From Macrostomum lignano (Eukaryota): 64,000 bases of DNA. Where the stretch lies: positions 372,001 to 436,000 of the forward strand of contig NIVC01000516.1 in the NCBI GenBank assembly GCA_002269645.1, in the 5' to 3' direction. The first letter of the stretch is position 1. Every line of letters begins with the position of its first letter. The position numbers and the translations under genes were made by a program. The notes below the pieces were generated by a model. The model made no database searches. It was not told the DNA's origin and was given only the letters and a program-made list of their open reading frames with translations. Shown here piece after piece: positions 25,035-37,132 of this stretch.

Positions 25035-26070
25035 GATGCAGGGAGAGGACAGGTGGGATGCAGGGAGAGGAAGGTGAGGTGTAGGGAGAGGACAATTTGG
25101 ATGCAGGGAGAGGAAAGGTGAGATGCAGGGAGAGGACAATTGGGATGCAGGGAGAGAACAAGTAGGATGCAGGGAGAAGACAATTGGGATGTAGGGAGAG
25201 GACATGTGAGATGCAGGGAGAAGAAAATTGAGATGCAGGGATAGGACAGGTAAGATGCAGGGATAGGACAGGTAAGATGCAGGGAGAGGACAGGTGGGAT
25301 GCAGGGAGAGGACAGATTGGATGCAGGGAGAGGACAGGTGGGATGCAGGGAGAGGACAGATTGGATGCAGGGAGAGGACAGGTGGGATGCAGGGAGAGAA
25401 CAGGTGGGATGCAGGGAGAGAACAGGTGGGATGCAGGGAGAGAACAGGTGGGATGCAGGGAGAGGACAGATTGGATGCAGGGAGAGGACAGGTAAGAAGC
25501 AGGGAGAAAACTATTGGGATGCAGGGAGAGGACAGGTAAGAAGCAGGGAGAAAACTATTGGGATGCAGGGAGAGGACAGGTGGTATGCAGGGATAGGACA
25601 GGTGGGATGCAGGGAGAGGACAGGTGGGATGCAGGGATAGGACAGTTGGGATGCAGGGAGAGGACAGGTGAGATGCAGGTATAGGACAGGTGGGATGCAG
25701 GGAGAGGACAGGTGGGATGCAGGGAGAGGACAGATTGGATGCAGGGAGAGGACAGGTGGGATGCAGGGAGAGGACAGATTGGATGCAGGGAGAGGACAGT
25801 CGGGATGCAGGGAGAGAACAGGTGGGATGCAGGGAGAGGACAGGTGGGATGCAGGGAGAGGACAGTTGGGATGCAGGGAGAGGACAGGTGGGATGCAGGG
25901 AGAGGACAGATTGGATGCAGGGAGAGGACAGATTGGATGCAGGGAGAGGACAGGTGGGATGCAGGGAGAGGACAGATTGGATGCAGGGAGAGGACAGGTG
26001 GGATGCAGGGAGAGGACAGATTGGATGCAGGGAGAGGACAGGTGGGATGCAGGGAGAGGACAGGTGGGAC
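25035..26070. repeat. 22-bp minisatellite
   Basis: Unit gatgcagggagaggacaggtgg. Confidence 0.97.
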
Positions 26071-26114
26071 AGATCATGCCTATCCTGAACGTTGTTCACC
26101 CGCTATGACTCAAG

Positions 26115-26324
26115 ATGTCGCAGATCAGTAAGAAAATCCAAGAAGTTCGAGACGCCCTCTGCTTCGCGGCCGAAGACGCGGCAGCGGCGGCATCTGCAGA
26201 CGGCGCGAACGTCAACGAAGGCGTCACGGCGGCCTCCGTGGCGGTGGATTTCGCTATCGGGTCATCGTTCAACTCGTTGAGCTCGGGCTCGAGTCCGCGC
26301 AGCGTGGCGGCTGATAATACGGCG
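26115..26324 (+). CDS. FRMD4: FRMD4-like exon 10
   Basis: (MSQ)ISKKIQEVRDAL... resembles LKKLQEIENAI. In-frame acceptors precede 26115 and 26124; donor gttggt at 26325. Confidence 0.65.
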
Positions 26325-26433
26325 GTTGGTTCAATTTCTTTATCGTTTTTATGCTGCAGTGAAGCCTACGGTAATCTGTCATGATTAGGCTGGTTCTCAC
26401 TTTGTTCTTATTTTCTCAATCAATTCTTCACAG

Positions 26434-26519
26434 ACGTCGCAAGATGAGCAATGTTTGTCTGTCAGCGCCAGTCAGAACTCGTCGCTGTTGTCGCTAGGAG
26501 CTGCCGCCTCGACGGCCAG
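26434..26519 (+). CDS. FRMD4: FRMD4-like exon 11
   Basis: ttcttcacag|TSQDEQCLSVSASQNSSLLSLGAAASTA-AG|gtgaga, phase 0 in and 2 out. Confidence 0.65.
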
Positions 26520-26524
26520 GTGAG

Positions 26525-27400
26525 ATTGGGGTAGACAGGGATGGGAGAGGTAGATAGGGATGGGAGAGGTAGATAGGGATGGGAGAGGTAGATAGGGATG
26601 GGAGAGGTAGATAGGGATGGGAGAGGTAGATAGGGATGGGAGAGGTAGATAGGGATGGGAGAGGTAGATAGGGATGGGAGAGGTAGTTAGGGATGGGAGA
26701 GGTAGATAGGGATGGGAGAGGTAGACAGGGATGAGAGAGGTAGATAGGGATGGGAGAGGTAGATAGGGATGGGAGAGGTAGATAGGGATGGGAGAGGTAG
26801 ATAGGGATGGGGAGAGGTAGATAGGGATGGGGAGAGGTAGATGAGGATGGGGAGAGGTAGATGAGGATGGGGAGAGGTAGATGAGGATGGGGAGAGGTAG
26901 ATGAGGATGGGAGAGGTAGATAGGGATGAGAGAGGTAGATAGGGATGGTGAGAGGTAGATGAGGATGGGGAGAGGTAGATGAGGATGGGGAGAGGTAGAT
27001 GAGGATGGGGAGAGGTAGATGAGGATGGGGAGAGGTAGATAGGGATGGGAGAGGTAGGTAGGGATGGGAGAGGTAAATAGGGATGGGAGAGGTAGATAGG
27101 GATGAGAGAGGTAGATAGGGATGGTGAGAGGTAGATGAGGATGGGGAGAGGTAGATGAGGATGGGGAGAGGTAGATAGGGATGGGAGAGGTAGGTAGGGA
27201 TGGGAGAGGTAAATAGGGATGGGAGAGGTAGACAGGGATTGGGAGAGGTAGATAAGGATGGGGAGAGGTAGATAAGGATGGGGAGAGGTAGACAGGGATT
27301 GGGAGATTTAGATAGGGATGGGAGAGGTAGATAGGGATGGGAGAGGTAGACAGGGATGGGGGAGAGGTAGATAAGGATGGGAGAGGTAGGAGTAAATAGG
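26525..27400. repeat. 19-20-bp purine-rich minisatellite
   Basis: Unit gggatgggagaggtagata. Confidence 0.97.
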
Positions 27401-27530
27401 GCAGACAGGTATCTACAAAAGGTAGATGGGATATGTAAGATATTACATATGATCATATAGACACTAAAGGGATGCTCTGCACAAGAGAATGAAGTATTCA
27501 ACGAATCACCCGCATCTCAATCTGCCCCAG

Positions 27531-28055
27531 AATTGCTGCAACATCGGAGCAGCAACCGCCACACCAGCAGCAGCAGCAGCAGCGACTTCAGCAGCCGGCT
27601 CTGCAAAGAATTCAGCAACAACAACAGCTGGGCTCGGTGAAGAACCGGGTCACCCAGTGCAGCATGGACTCCGGCTATCAGGACACTGTATGCAGCTCGC
27701 TAACCAGCCTACAGCAGCAGCACCAGCATCAGCCCACTCCGGTGCCTCCATTCGCCGTAGCTGTCCGAGAATCTGTGGCCGCGGCCAGCCGGACAAAGCA
27801 GCGCCGCCGATCCAGCAGTGTCGGCGATCTGTCCAAAGAATTGGAGAAATTCGAGCTGCAGTTGCAGCAACTGCAGGAGCACATGCCGGCCAAGGACTGT
27901 TCCATTGTTATTGATGAGCCAGTGGAATCGCAACGGGCCAGAGCTGTGACGGTTGAGCAGTGCGGCCCAGCTCAGAATACCAACTTCCCTTCATCCGGAT
28001 TGGCCAGTCCGGACACTCTGTCCGAGTATCGCTACAGGCCCAGGGAGGCGCTAGA
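27531..28055 (+). CDS. FRMD4: FRMD4-like exon 12 (Q/S-rich disordered tail)
   Basis: ccccag|A-IAATSEQQ...DSGYQDT...RRRSSS...REAL-GA|gtacgt. Open frame, phase 2/2. The frame would otherwise stop at 28080. Confidence 0.65.
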
Positions 28056-28204
28056 GTACGTGCAAATTAAGGATAGCTAAATTAGAGACCCAGCTGTGGT
28101 CTCTTGAGTGTTGTTTTCGAAACCCTCTGTTTTAGTAGCTCGATGCCTGCTGCCTAACCGCTTTTAACACCATATAATTGTTGTGCCGTTAGAAATGGTA
28201 TATA

Positions 28205-29850
28205 GTTAGATATCATCTTCCTAGATGTCCAATTTTAGTTAGATATCATCCTCCTAAATGTCCAATTTTAGTTAGATATCATCCTCCTAGATGTCCAATT
28301 TTAGTTAGATATCATTCTCCTAAATGTCCATTTTTAGTTAGATATCATCTTCCTAGATGTCCAATTTTAGTTAGATATCATCTTCCTAGATGTCCAATTT
28401 TAGTTAGATATCATCTTCCTAGATGTCCAATTTTAGTTAGATATCATCCTCCTAGATGTCCAATTTTAGTTAGATATCATCTTCCTAGATGTCCAATTTT
28501 AGTTAGATATCATCCTCCTATGTGTCCAATTTTAGTTAGATATCATCCTCCTAAATGTCCAATTTTAGTTAGATATCATCCTCCTAAATGTCCAATTTTA
28601 GTTAGATATCATCTTCCTAGATGTCCAATTTTAGTTAGATATCATTCTCCTAAATGTCCATTTTTAGTTAGATATCATCTTCCTAGATGTCCAATTTTAG
28701 TTAGATATCATCCTCCTAAATGTCCAATTTTAGTTAGATATCATCCTCCTAGATGTCCAATTTTAGTTAGATATCATCCTCCTAAATGTCCAATTTTAGT
28801 TAGATATCATCCTCCTAAATGTCCATTTTTAGTTAGATATCATCCTAAATGTCCAATTTTAGTTAGATATCATCCTCCTAAATGTCCAATTTTAGTTAGA
28901 TATCATCCTCCTAAATGTCCAATTTTAGTTAGATATCATCCTCCTAGATGTCCAATTTTAGTTAGATATCATCCTCCTAAATGTCCAATTTTAGTTAGAT
29001 ATCATCCTCCTAAATGTCCATTTTTAGTTAGATAACATCCTAAATGTCCAATTTTAGTTAGATATCATCCTAAATGTCCAATTTTAGTTAGATATCATCC
29101 TCCTAAATGTCCAATTTTAGTTAGATATCATTCTCCTAAGTATTCCATTTTAGTTAGATATCATCCTCCTAAATGTCCAATTTTAGTTAGATATCATCTT
29201 CCTAGATGTCCAATTTTAGTTAGATATCATCCTCCTATGTGTCCAATTTTAGTTAGATATCATCCTCCTAAATGTCCAATTTTAGTTAGATATATCATCC
29301 TCCTAAATGTCCAATTTTAGTTAGATATCATCCTCCTAAATGTCCATTTTTAGTTAGATAGCATCCTAAATGTCCAATTTTAGTTAGATATCATCCTCCT
29401 AAATGTCCAATTTTAGTTAGATATCATCCTCCTAAATGTCCAATTTTAGTTAGATATCATCCTCCTAAATGTCCATTTTTAGTTAGATAACATCCTAAAT
29501 GTCCAATTTTAGTTAGATATCATCCTCCTAAATGTCCAATTTTAGTTAGATATCATCCTCCTAAATGTCCAATTTTAGTTAGATATCATTCTCCTAAGTA
29601 TTCCATTTTAGATAGATATCATTCTCCTAAACACATCCCCTTTTAGTTAGATATCATTCTCCTAAACATCCCCTTTTAGTTAGATATAATTCTCCTAAAT
29701 ACCCATTTTAGTTAAATGTCATCCTCCTAAATTTCCCATTTTAGTTAGATGTCATCCTCCTAAATTTCCCATTTTAGTTAGATGTCATCCTCCTAAATAT
29801 CCCATTTTAGTTAGATATCATCCTAAATATCCCTTTCTAGTTAGATATCA
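28205..29850. repeat. 33-bp AT-rich minisatellite
   Basis: Unit ttagatatcatcctcctaaatgtccaattttag. Confidence 0.97.
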
Positions 29851-30414
29851 TCCTCCCAAACTTACTAGATTATGAAAAATCGTCACTGGGTGAATAATTT
29901 AAGAATAAATAATCATTAATAATTCTATCGATACATAAATTTGTAATTGGTGCTTGATTACTAACTGGCTGTCGCAGACCACTCTACTAACAGTACTAAC
30001 TAGAATATTTTGTGCCCCTAAACTCCGCTGCAACGCATGCCAATGCACACGGCTAATTATAAATATTGCTTTGAGTAAAAGTTGTTTTCCTAATCCGTTG
30101 ACCCACTTTTATTGCGGTAACTCAACGCTGCTCACTATTCAAGTGCTAATCGCTGAAAAACTTTGCCAGATTTAAATGCTCAAAAACAAACATATTTGTT
30201 TGCTCAAATGGGTTCTGACGGATGTTGTTTTTATAACGCTATCGATTTGTTTTTTGTTTACTTTTTGATATTGTGCTCATTTTCTCCTGTTCTGTCAGTA
30301 TTATTGTTTCTCCTCATTTTGATTTCATCTCTACTTGTCCCTACTTTTAATCACATCAAATTGATCTCATCTCAACTATGGCTTAGAATGGATCACGACC
30401 TAGGATCACCATAG

Positions 30415-30990
30415 TAACAGGTTATAAGATGCATAGCAACGGGTTATAATCTGCGTAGCAACGGGTTTTAACATGCATAGCAACGGGTTATAATCTGCAT
30501 AGCAAGGGGTTATAATCTGCATAGCAACGGGTTATAATATGCACAGCAACAGGTTATAATCTGCATGACAACGGGTTATAATATGCATAGCAACGGGTTT
30601 TAATATGCATAGCAACATGTTATAAGATGCATAGCAACGGGTTATAATCTGCGTAGCAACGGGTTTTAACATGCATAGCAACGGGTTGTAATATGCATAG
30701 CAACATGTTATAAGATGCATAGCAACGGGCTACAATGTGCGTAGCAAACGGGTTTTAACATGCATAACAATGGGTTATAATCTGCATAGCAACGGGTTAT
30801 AATATGCATAGCAATGGGTTATAATACGCATGGTAACGGATTCTACTATGCATAGCAACGGGCTATAATCAGCATATCAACGGGGTATAATCTGCATCGC
30901 AACGAATTATAATCGGCATAGCAACGAGTGAAAATCGCCATAGCCAACGAGTTAGAATCCGCATAGCAACGTGTTATAATACGCGTAGTA
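30415..30990. repeat. 22-bp minisatellite (atagcaac core)
   Basis: Unit atagcaacgggttataatctgc. Confidence 0.93.
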
Positions 30991-31497
30991 GCATAATCAG
31001 CATTACAATTAGTTTTGGATCTCTCAACTTCAATGTGCCATGTTGAAATTTTTTATATATAATTTTATGTATTAAACACTATTTTCTCTGAGAATATCAA
31101 TTGCTTTTATACAAAAAATTGTCACTGTGACTTACGAAATTGCAAACATTTATTTATTCGATAATTTTCTGTTTTTTTCAGCTTCGCTTCAATATTATGC
31201 CAATGTAATAAACACGTGCGCTATGATTTTGCAATAACATGTTTTTTTAGTATTGAAACAGAGTAATTAATTACATACACAGGCTTAATTTGTGCACTTA
31301 CTAACCATGCTACTGGCCTGCTTTAAAGTAGTATAATAGCGCTTTAAACTGCACGGCTTCTCTGCTTCAATTAATTAAGCTTCAATCTTTAACCAATTTT
31401 CAACAGTCTATATTCAAACTATGCTACTTATAGGTAGCTAATGAGTAGCACACAACGAATTTAACAAGTATTTTATATTCTGCTGCATCAATTTCAG

Positions 31498-31563
31498 ATT
31501 CTCCTTTGACTTTGAAGAAGAAGATGAAAACTGCAGAAGTTTGCGTAAAACTCAATCGCTCAG
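31498..31563 (+). CDS. FRMD4: FRMD4-like exon 13 (66-nt symmetric exon)
   Basis: atttcag|A-FSFDFEEEDENCRSLRKTQSL-AG|gtcggc, phase 2/2. Confidence 0.5.
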
Positions 31564-31671
31564 GTCGGCTCAGAGTTCGGCTCGACAGAATAGAAGGTCT
31601 GTTTTTACAGTTCCGATTATTTGTTTATGAAATTGCGAAATTTTATTCTCACTTGTATTCTCTTTTTTCAG

Positions 31672-31975
31672 ATTGTTTCACAAAAAGCCGCCCATTTCTG
31701 CTAAAGCTTTCGCCAGCCAAAGCAAGCGGCTTCTGCAGCAGCAGCAGCAGAAGACATCCGACTCAATGATGTCTGCAACTGCCTACATCTCCCCTGCCGT
31801 GTCAACCGACTTCTCGCACGAGATGCTGGCCTGGTATGACAGTCACAGGCAGCGGGTGGCTTCTACAGCTTCTTCTTCTGACTGCTATTGCTGCTCCTGC
31901 TGCTGCTGCGACTCTTCTGCTGCCGCTGCTTCATCTGCCGGGGCTGATCGGACTGAACTGGACAGCTTCCTGTGA
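31672..31975 (+). CDS. FRMD4: FRMD4-like terminal exon
   Basis: tcttttttcag|...DFSHEMLAWYD...RTELDSFL*. Phase fits. F(S)xEMLAWY resembles a motif I recall from invertebrate FRMD4 tails. The end is PDZ-ligand-like (S-F-L). Confidence 0.65.
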
Positions 31976-32019
31976 CTCTGCTCACACGATTTCTGTCTCT
32001 TCACTCTCCCCCTCCACTC

Positions 32020-33110
32020 CTGTTCACTCTTCACTGTTCTGTTCGCTCTCTCCACTGTTCTGTTCACTCTCTTCACTGTTCTTTTCACTCTCTTCACTGT
32101 TCTGTTCACTCTCTTCACTGTTCTGTTCACTCTCTTCACTGTTCTGTTCACTCTCTTCACTGTTCTGTTCACTCTCTTCACTGTTCTGTTCACTCTCTTC
32201 ACTGTTCTGTTCACTCTCTTCACTGTTCTGTTCACTCTCTTCACTGTTCTGTTTACTCTCTTCACTGTTCTGTTCACTCTGTTCACTGTTCTGTTCACTC
32301 TCTTCACTGTTCTGTTCACTCTCTTCACTGTTCTGTTCACTCTGTTCACTGTTCTGTTCACTCTATTCACTGTTCTGTTCACTCTCTTCACTGTTCTGTT
32401 CACTCTCTTCACTGTTCTGTTCACTCTTCACTGTTCTGTTCACTCTCTTCACTGTTCTGTTCACTCTGTTCACTGTTCTGTTCACTCTTCACTGTTCTGT
32501 TCACTCTTCACTGTTCTGTCCACTCTTCACTGTTCTATTCACTCTCTTCACTGTTCTATTCACTCTCTTCACTGTTCTATTCACTCTTCACTGTTCTGTT
32601 CACTCTCTTCACTGTTCTGTTCACTCTCTTCACTGTTCTGTTCACTCTCTTCACTGTTCTATTCACTCTTCACTGTTCTGTTCACTCTCTTCACTGTTCT
32701 GTTTGCTCTCTTCACTGTTCTGTTCACTCTGTTCACTGTTCTGTTCACTCTCTTCACTGTTCTGTTCACTCTGTTCACTGTTCTGTTCACTCTCTTCACT
32801 GTTCTGTTCACTCTCTTCACTGTTCTGTTCACTCTCTTCACTGTTCTGTTCACCCTCTTCACTGTTCTGTTCACTCTCTTCACTGTTCTGTTCACTCTCT
32901 TCACTGTTCTGTTAACTCTCTTCACTGTTCTGTTCACTCTCTTCACTGTTCTGTTCACCCTCTTCACTGTTCTGTTCACTCTCTTCACTGTTCTGTTCAC
33001 TCTCTTCACTGTTCTGTTCACTCTCTTCACTGTTCTGTTCACTCTCTTCACTGTTCTGTTCACCCTCTTCACTGTTCTGTTCACTCTCTTCACTGTTCTG
33101 TTCACTCTGT
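32020..33110. repeat. 21-bp minisatellite directly after the FRMD4-like stop codon
   Basis: Unit ttcactgttctgttcactctc. Confidence 0.97.
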
Positions 33111-33379
33111 TCGCAGACACAAATCTTTCAATTTATCAATCAATATTCCCCAAATCCGGTCCCTCCCAAACTGCCACAGCTTCTCCAATCAGAGTCCTTT
33201 TTGCTCCTATCCTGGCCATGCGTCTTTCGCTGCTCGCTCGAAAAAACCCGTGTGTTTTTTAGAAAAAGGGCTGCTAACTTTGCAGTAAATTTGTTGTAGC
33301 TGTTTATCTGTGCCCCATGGAAATTCAAAGTCAACTGCGCTTGTTCTAAATGTCAATTGGTTCAATATGAAGTGTCAAT

Positions 33380-33670
33380 TGGAAGTAGGAGGTTGGAACT
33401 GTAAGGGATTCCGGAACCGGAAGTAGGAGGTTGGAACTGTAAGGGGTTCCGGAACCGGAAGTAGGAGGTTGGAACTGTAAGGGGTTCCGGAACCGGAAGT
33501 GGAATGTTGGAACTGTAAGGGATTCCGGAACCGGAAGTAGAATGTTGGAACTGTAAGGGATTCCGGAACCGGAAGTGGGATGCTGGAACTGTAAGGGATT
33601 CCGGAACCGGAAGTGGGATGTTGGAACTGTAAGGGATTCCGGAACCGGAAGTGGAATGCTGAAACTGTAA
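33380..33670. repeat. 38-bp minisatellite containing CCGGAAGT
   Basis: Unit ttccggaaccggaagt(g/a)g.a.gttggaactgtaaggga, about 7 copies. Confidence 0.93.
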
Positions 33671-34374
33671 CCTGTAACGGCGAGAGATCACTCTAAACAC
33701 AATTTATTTTGTCTTCGCTTCCATTTGATCATTAATAATTAATAATATCTGCTAAAATTATGCCAAGTCGATTTTAAGCAATACCAAAAGGTTTTTATAA
33801 TAATTTTCGGCAGTATAACTGTTTTGCATTTCTCGCTTCTTCTCAATTCTATTTTTCTGTGCCCGCTGAATTTGCGCTTTTTCGCTATTTTTATTTGCTT
33901 GTTTTTCAGTCCAGTCGATTTGCACTACTTAATCAGTAGCAAGTATTGAATATTTAGTATCGCTGCTATTTTGTCCTACTTTGCCAATAAGTCTAATTAT
34001 TATTTTGTACTGCTTGTTAGCAATATTTTTATTTTCATTATCTATTAATTGTCAATAAGTTCGTGCGTTTTTAGCTTCCGCTTGGCTGACTTCTCCGTTG
34101 CGTAGTGTAAATTTATATAATAAAATAAACGATTAAAAACAGCTAATGAAAGAGATTCAATGCTGTGCCTATAATTGCTTTGTTTATATGCGCATACATT
34201 GAGGCGCGGAATTATATCATGTTATGGACAGTCGAGCTGTGGCTTTTGTCTTTTCTATTCCAAATATCAGACTCGTCAAATATTTAATATTCCATATAGG
34301 ATCTGAAAAATCTCCCACTGGTCTGGGGTTGCAGTATTTGTAGCAACTGTCGTCATCCGCTTAGCAACAGCTTG

Positions 34375-34690
34375 CATCCACATAGCAAGTTTGCATCCGC
34401 ATAGCAACAGTTTCTACCCACATAGCAACAGCTTGCATCCGCATAGCAACAGTTTCTATCCGCATAGCAACAGCTTCTATTTGCATAGCAACAGCCTGCA
34501 CCCGCATAGCAACAGCCTGCACCAGCATAGCAACAGCTTGCATTCGCATAGCAACAGCTTCCATCCGCATAGCAACAGCTTCCATCTGCATAGCAACAGC
34601 CTGCACCCGCATAGCAACAGCCTGCACCAGCATAGCAACAGTTTCCATCTGCATAGCAACAGCTTGCATCCGCATAGTAACAGTTGCTAT
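34375..34690. repeat. 21-bp minisatellite (gcatagcaac core)
   Basis: Unit gcatagcaacagcttgcatcc. Confidence 0.93.
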
Positions 34691-34788
34691 TTCCACAATA
34701 TTCGCATATTTTGAATCTTCATCGAAAGATCACAATGAAATATGGAAAAACGAGCAGAATAGAATAGTTGGAGACTGAGGCGCCGATA

Positions 34789-35529
34789 CTATGCGGAGCA
34801 GTTCAGATCGTTCGGCTGCGCCATCGAGCTGCAACCGCTGTTGTCGGACAGCTCAGGCTGATTGTGATTGGCTGACGAGTTTGCATTGCCAGAGTGATTG
34901 GAGTCCTGATTGGCTGCCGAGTTTGCATTGCCAGAGTGATTGGAATCCTGATTGGCTGCCGAGTTTGCATTGCCAGAGTGATTGGAATCCTGATTGGCTG
35001 ACGAGTTTGCATTGCCAGAGTGATTGGAGTCCTGATTGGCTGACGAGTTTGCATTGCCAGAGTGATTGGAATCCTGATTGGCTGCCGAGTTTGCATTGCC
35101 AGAGTGATTGGAGTCCTGATTGGCTGCCGAGTTTGCATTGCCAGAGTGAAAGGAATCCTGATTGGCTGCCGAGTTTGCATTGCCAGAGTGATTGGAATCC
35201 TGATTGGCTGACGAGTTTGCATTGCCAGAGTGATTGGAATCCTGATTGGCTGCCTTAGCCAGGTGTCTTCTGTGCTTAGCTCGGGAGTTCTGGAACCACA
35301 CCTGCAGCACTCGCTTGCTGAGTCCCGTGCTCGAGGCCAATAGGCGCAGTTCGCATGAATCCGGATTCGGGTTGGCTTGGAAATGCGCCTTCATGGCCTG
35401 CAGCTGCTGCTGCTTGAAGCTGGTGCGCGACTGCCTCTTCCGGCACAGCTGCTGCGGCTGCTGTGGAGTCGGCTCGACAGAGGTGGGCTCCGCTTTGGGA
35501 AACTCTGGATTTGGGAAGCGGGATTTAAA
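34789..35529 (-). CDS. LIM-homeobox gene, terminal exon (homeodomain + repeat tail)
   Basis: ctaacag|...RKRQSRTSFKQQQLQAMKAHFQANPNPDSCELRLLASSTGLSKRVLQVWFQNSRAKHRRH. TSFK..QL..MK, NPD and KRVLQVWFQN are Lhx2/9 (apterous)-type. Confidence 0.93.
   Translation of the reverse strand, partial: FKSRFPNPEFPKAEPTSVEPTPQQPQQLCRKRQSRTSFKQQQLQAMKAHFQANPNPDSCELRLLASSTGLSKRVLQVWFQNSRAKHRRHLAKAANQDSNHSGNANSSANQDSNHSGNANSAANQDSFHSGNANSAANQDSNHSGNANSAANQDSNHSGNANSSANQDSNHSGNANSSANQDSNHSGNANSAANQDSNHSGNANSAANQDSNHSGNANSSANHNQPELSDNSGCSSMAQPNDLNCSA
34868..35253 (-). repeat. 42-bp coding minisatellite, 9 copies, within the Lhx terminal exon
   Basis: Encodes NQDSNHSGNANS(S/A)A x9. Confidence 0.95.
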
Positions 35530-35569
35530 CTGTTAGACAAGTGTCTCATACCTCAGGAAGAGAATGTGA

Positions 35570-35715
35570 GGGATAGGGAAGAGGATGTGAGGGGATGGGG
35601 AAGAGAATGTGAGTGGATGAGGAAGAGAATGTGAGGGGATGGGGAAGAGAATGTGAGGGGATGGGGAAGAGAATGTGAGGGGATGGGGAAGAAAATGGAG
35701 GGGATGGGGAAGAGA
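35570..35715. repeat. 22-bp purine-rich minisatellite
   Basis: Unit gggaagagaatgtgaggggatg. Confidence 0.85.
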
Positions 35716-36364
35716 AGATTTGGTAGAGATGAAAGGATGATAAATTATAAAAATAAAATCTGTCAAAAGTATCAAAAAGCCTGTTACAGTAAGCAGTTTT
35801 ACATACCATAACAATACTTAAAGGACAAATTAATTAGATTGCATTCGCTCAGCTTACTTCAAACACTCGAAGCTCTGCTCACCCCAGGCAGCCCCCACCT
35901 CAGTAGAGAATAGCAACACCTGATGAGAGGCAACCCGCTGCGAATCTCCAGTGCCATCGCCAGTTCAGCTCCCACCACAGGAAGTGGCCCCTGAGCAGAC
36001 TGGGGGACACTTGAAGACCCATTTGACAAAGCCATGAACTAAAAAAACTCTGCGCAATCTTGGCAGAAATCCAAGCTAGTGGAGTCTTCTGGCTGAGCAA
36101 TAAGTGTTTTGAACCGAAAAAGAGAATCTCTCGGTTGTGTTGAGCTGTTTTTCTTCAACTGCTCAATCTTGAGTGTTATTTCGAGTTTAGCGGCTTAAGG
36201 GCTGACAGATCTGCTGAGCCATTGAACACTCCACATCCACGAGTGCTGAGCAAAGGTGTTGAGTGGGCTTTTAGCGGGCTTTCTCATATCTAACTATTTT
36301 TCATTTCTTTATCGCTGTGTAATGCATTGTCCAAGTTTCTATTCGACATGACATTCTGCTCTGC

Positions 36365-36965
36365 TAGACAGACACTAATAAAGACACTAATACAGACACT
36401 AATACAGACACTAATACAGACACTAAGACAGACACTAATACAGACACTAATGCAGACACTAATACAGACACTAAGACAGACACTAATACAGACACTAATA
36501 CAGACACTAAGACAGACACTAATACAGACACTAATACAGACACTAATACAGACACTAATACAGACACTAATGTAGACACTAATACAGACACTAATACAGA
36601 CACTAATGCAGACACTAATGCAGACACTAATGCAGACACTAATGCAGACACTAATGCAGACACTAATGCAGACACTAATACAGACACTAATACAGACACT
36701 AATACAGACACTAATACATACACTAATGCAGACACTAATGCAGACACTAATGCAGACACTAATACAGACACTAATGCAGACACTAATGCAGACACTAATG
36801 CAGACACTAAGACAGACACTAATACAGACACTAATACAGACACTAATACAGACACTAATACAGACACTAATGCAGACACTAATGCAGACACTAATGCAGA
36901 CACTAATGCAGACACTAATACAGACACTAATACAGACACTAATACAGACACTAATACAGACACAA

Positions 36966-37002
<37 letters not shown>

Positions 37003-37045
37003 CTAAGACACTAAGACAGACACTAAGACAGACAGACAGACACTA

Positions 37046-37115
<70 letters not shown>
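36365..37115. repeat. 12-bp minisatellite grading into (GACA)n
   Basis: Unit cagacactaat(a/g), then (gaca)n next to the Lhx donor. Confidence 0.97.
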
Positions 37116-37117
<2 letters not shown>

Positions 37118-37132
37118 GGACATGTCTCTCAC

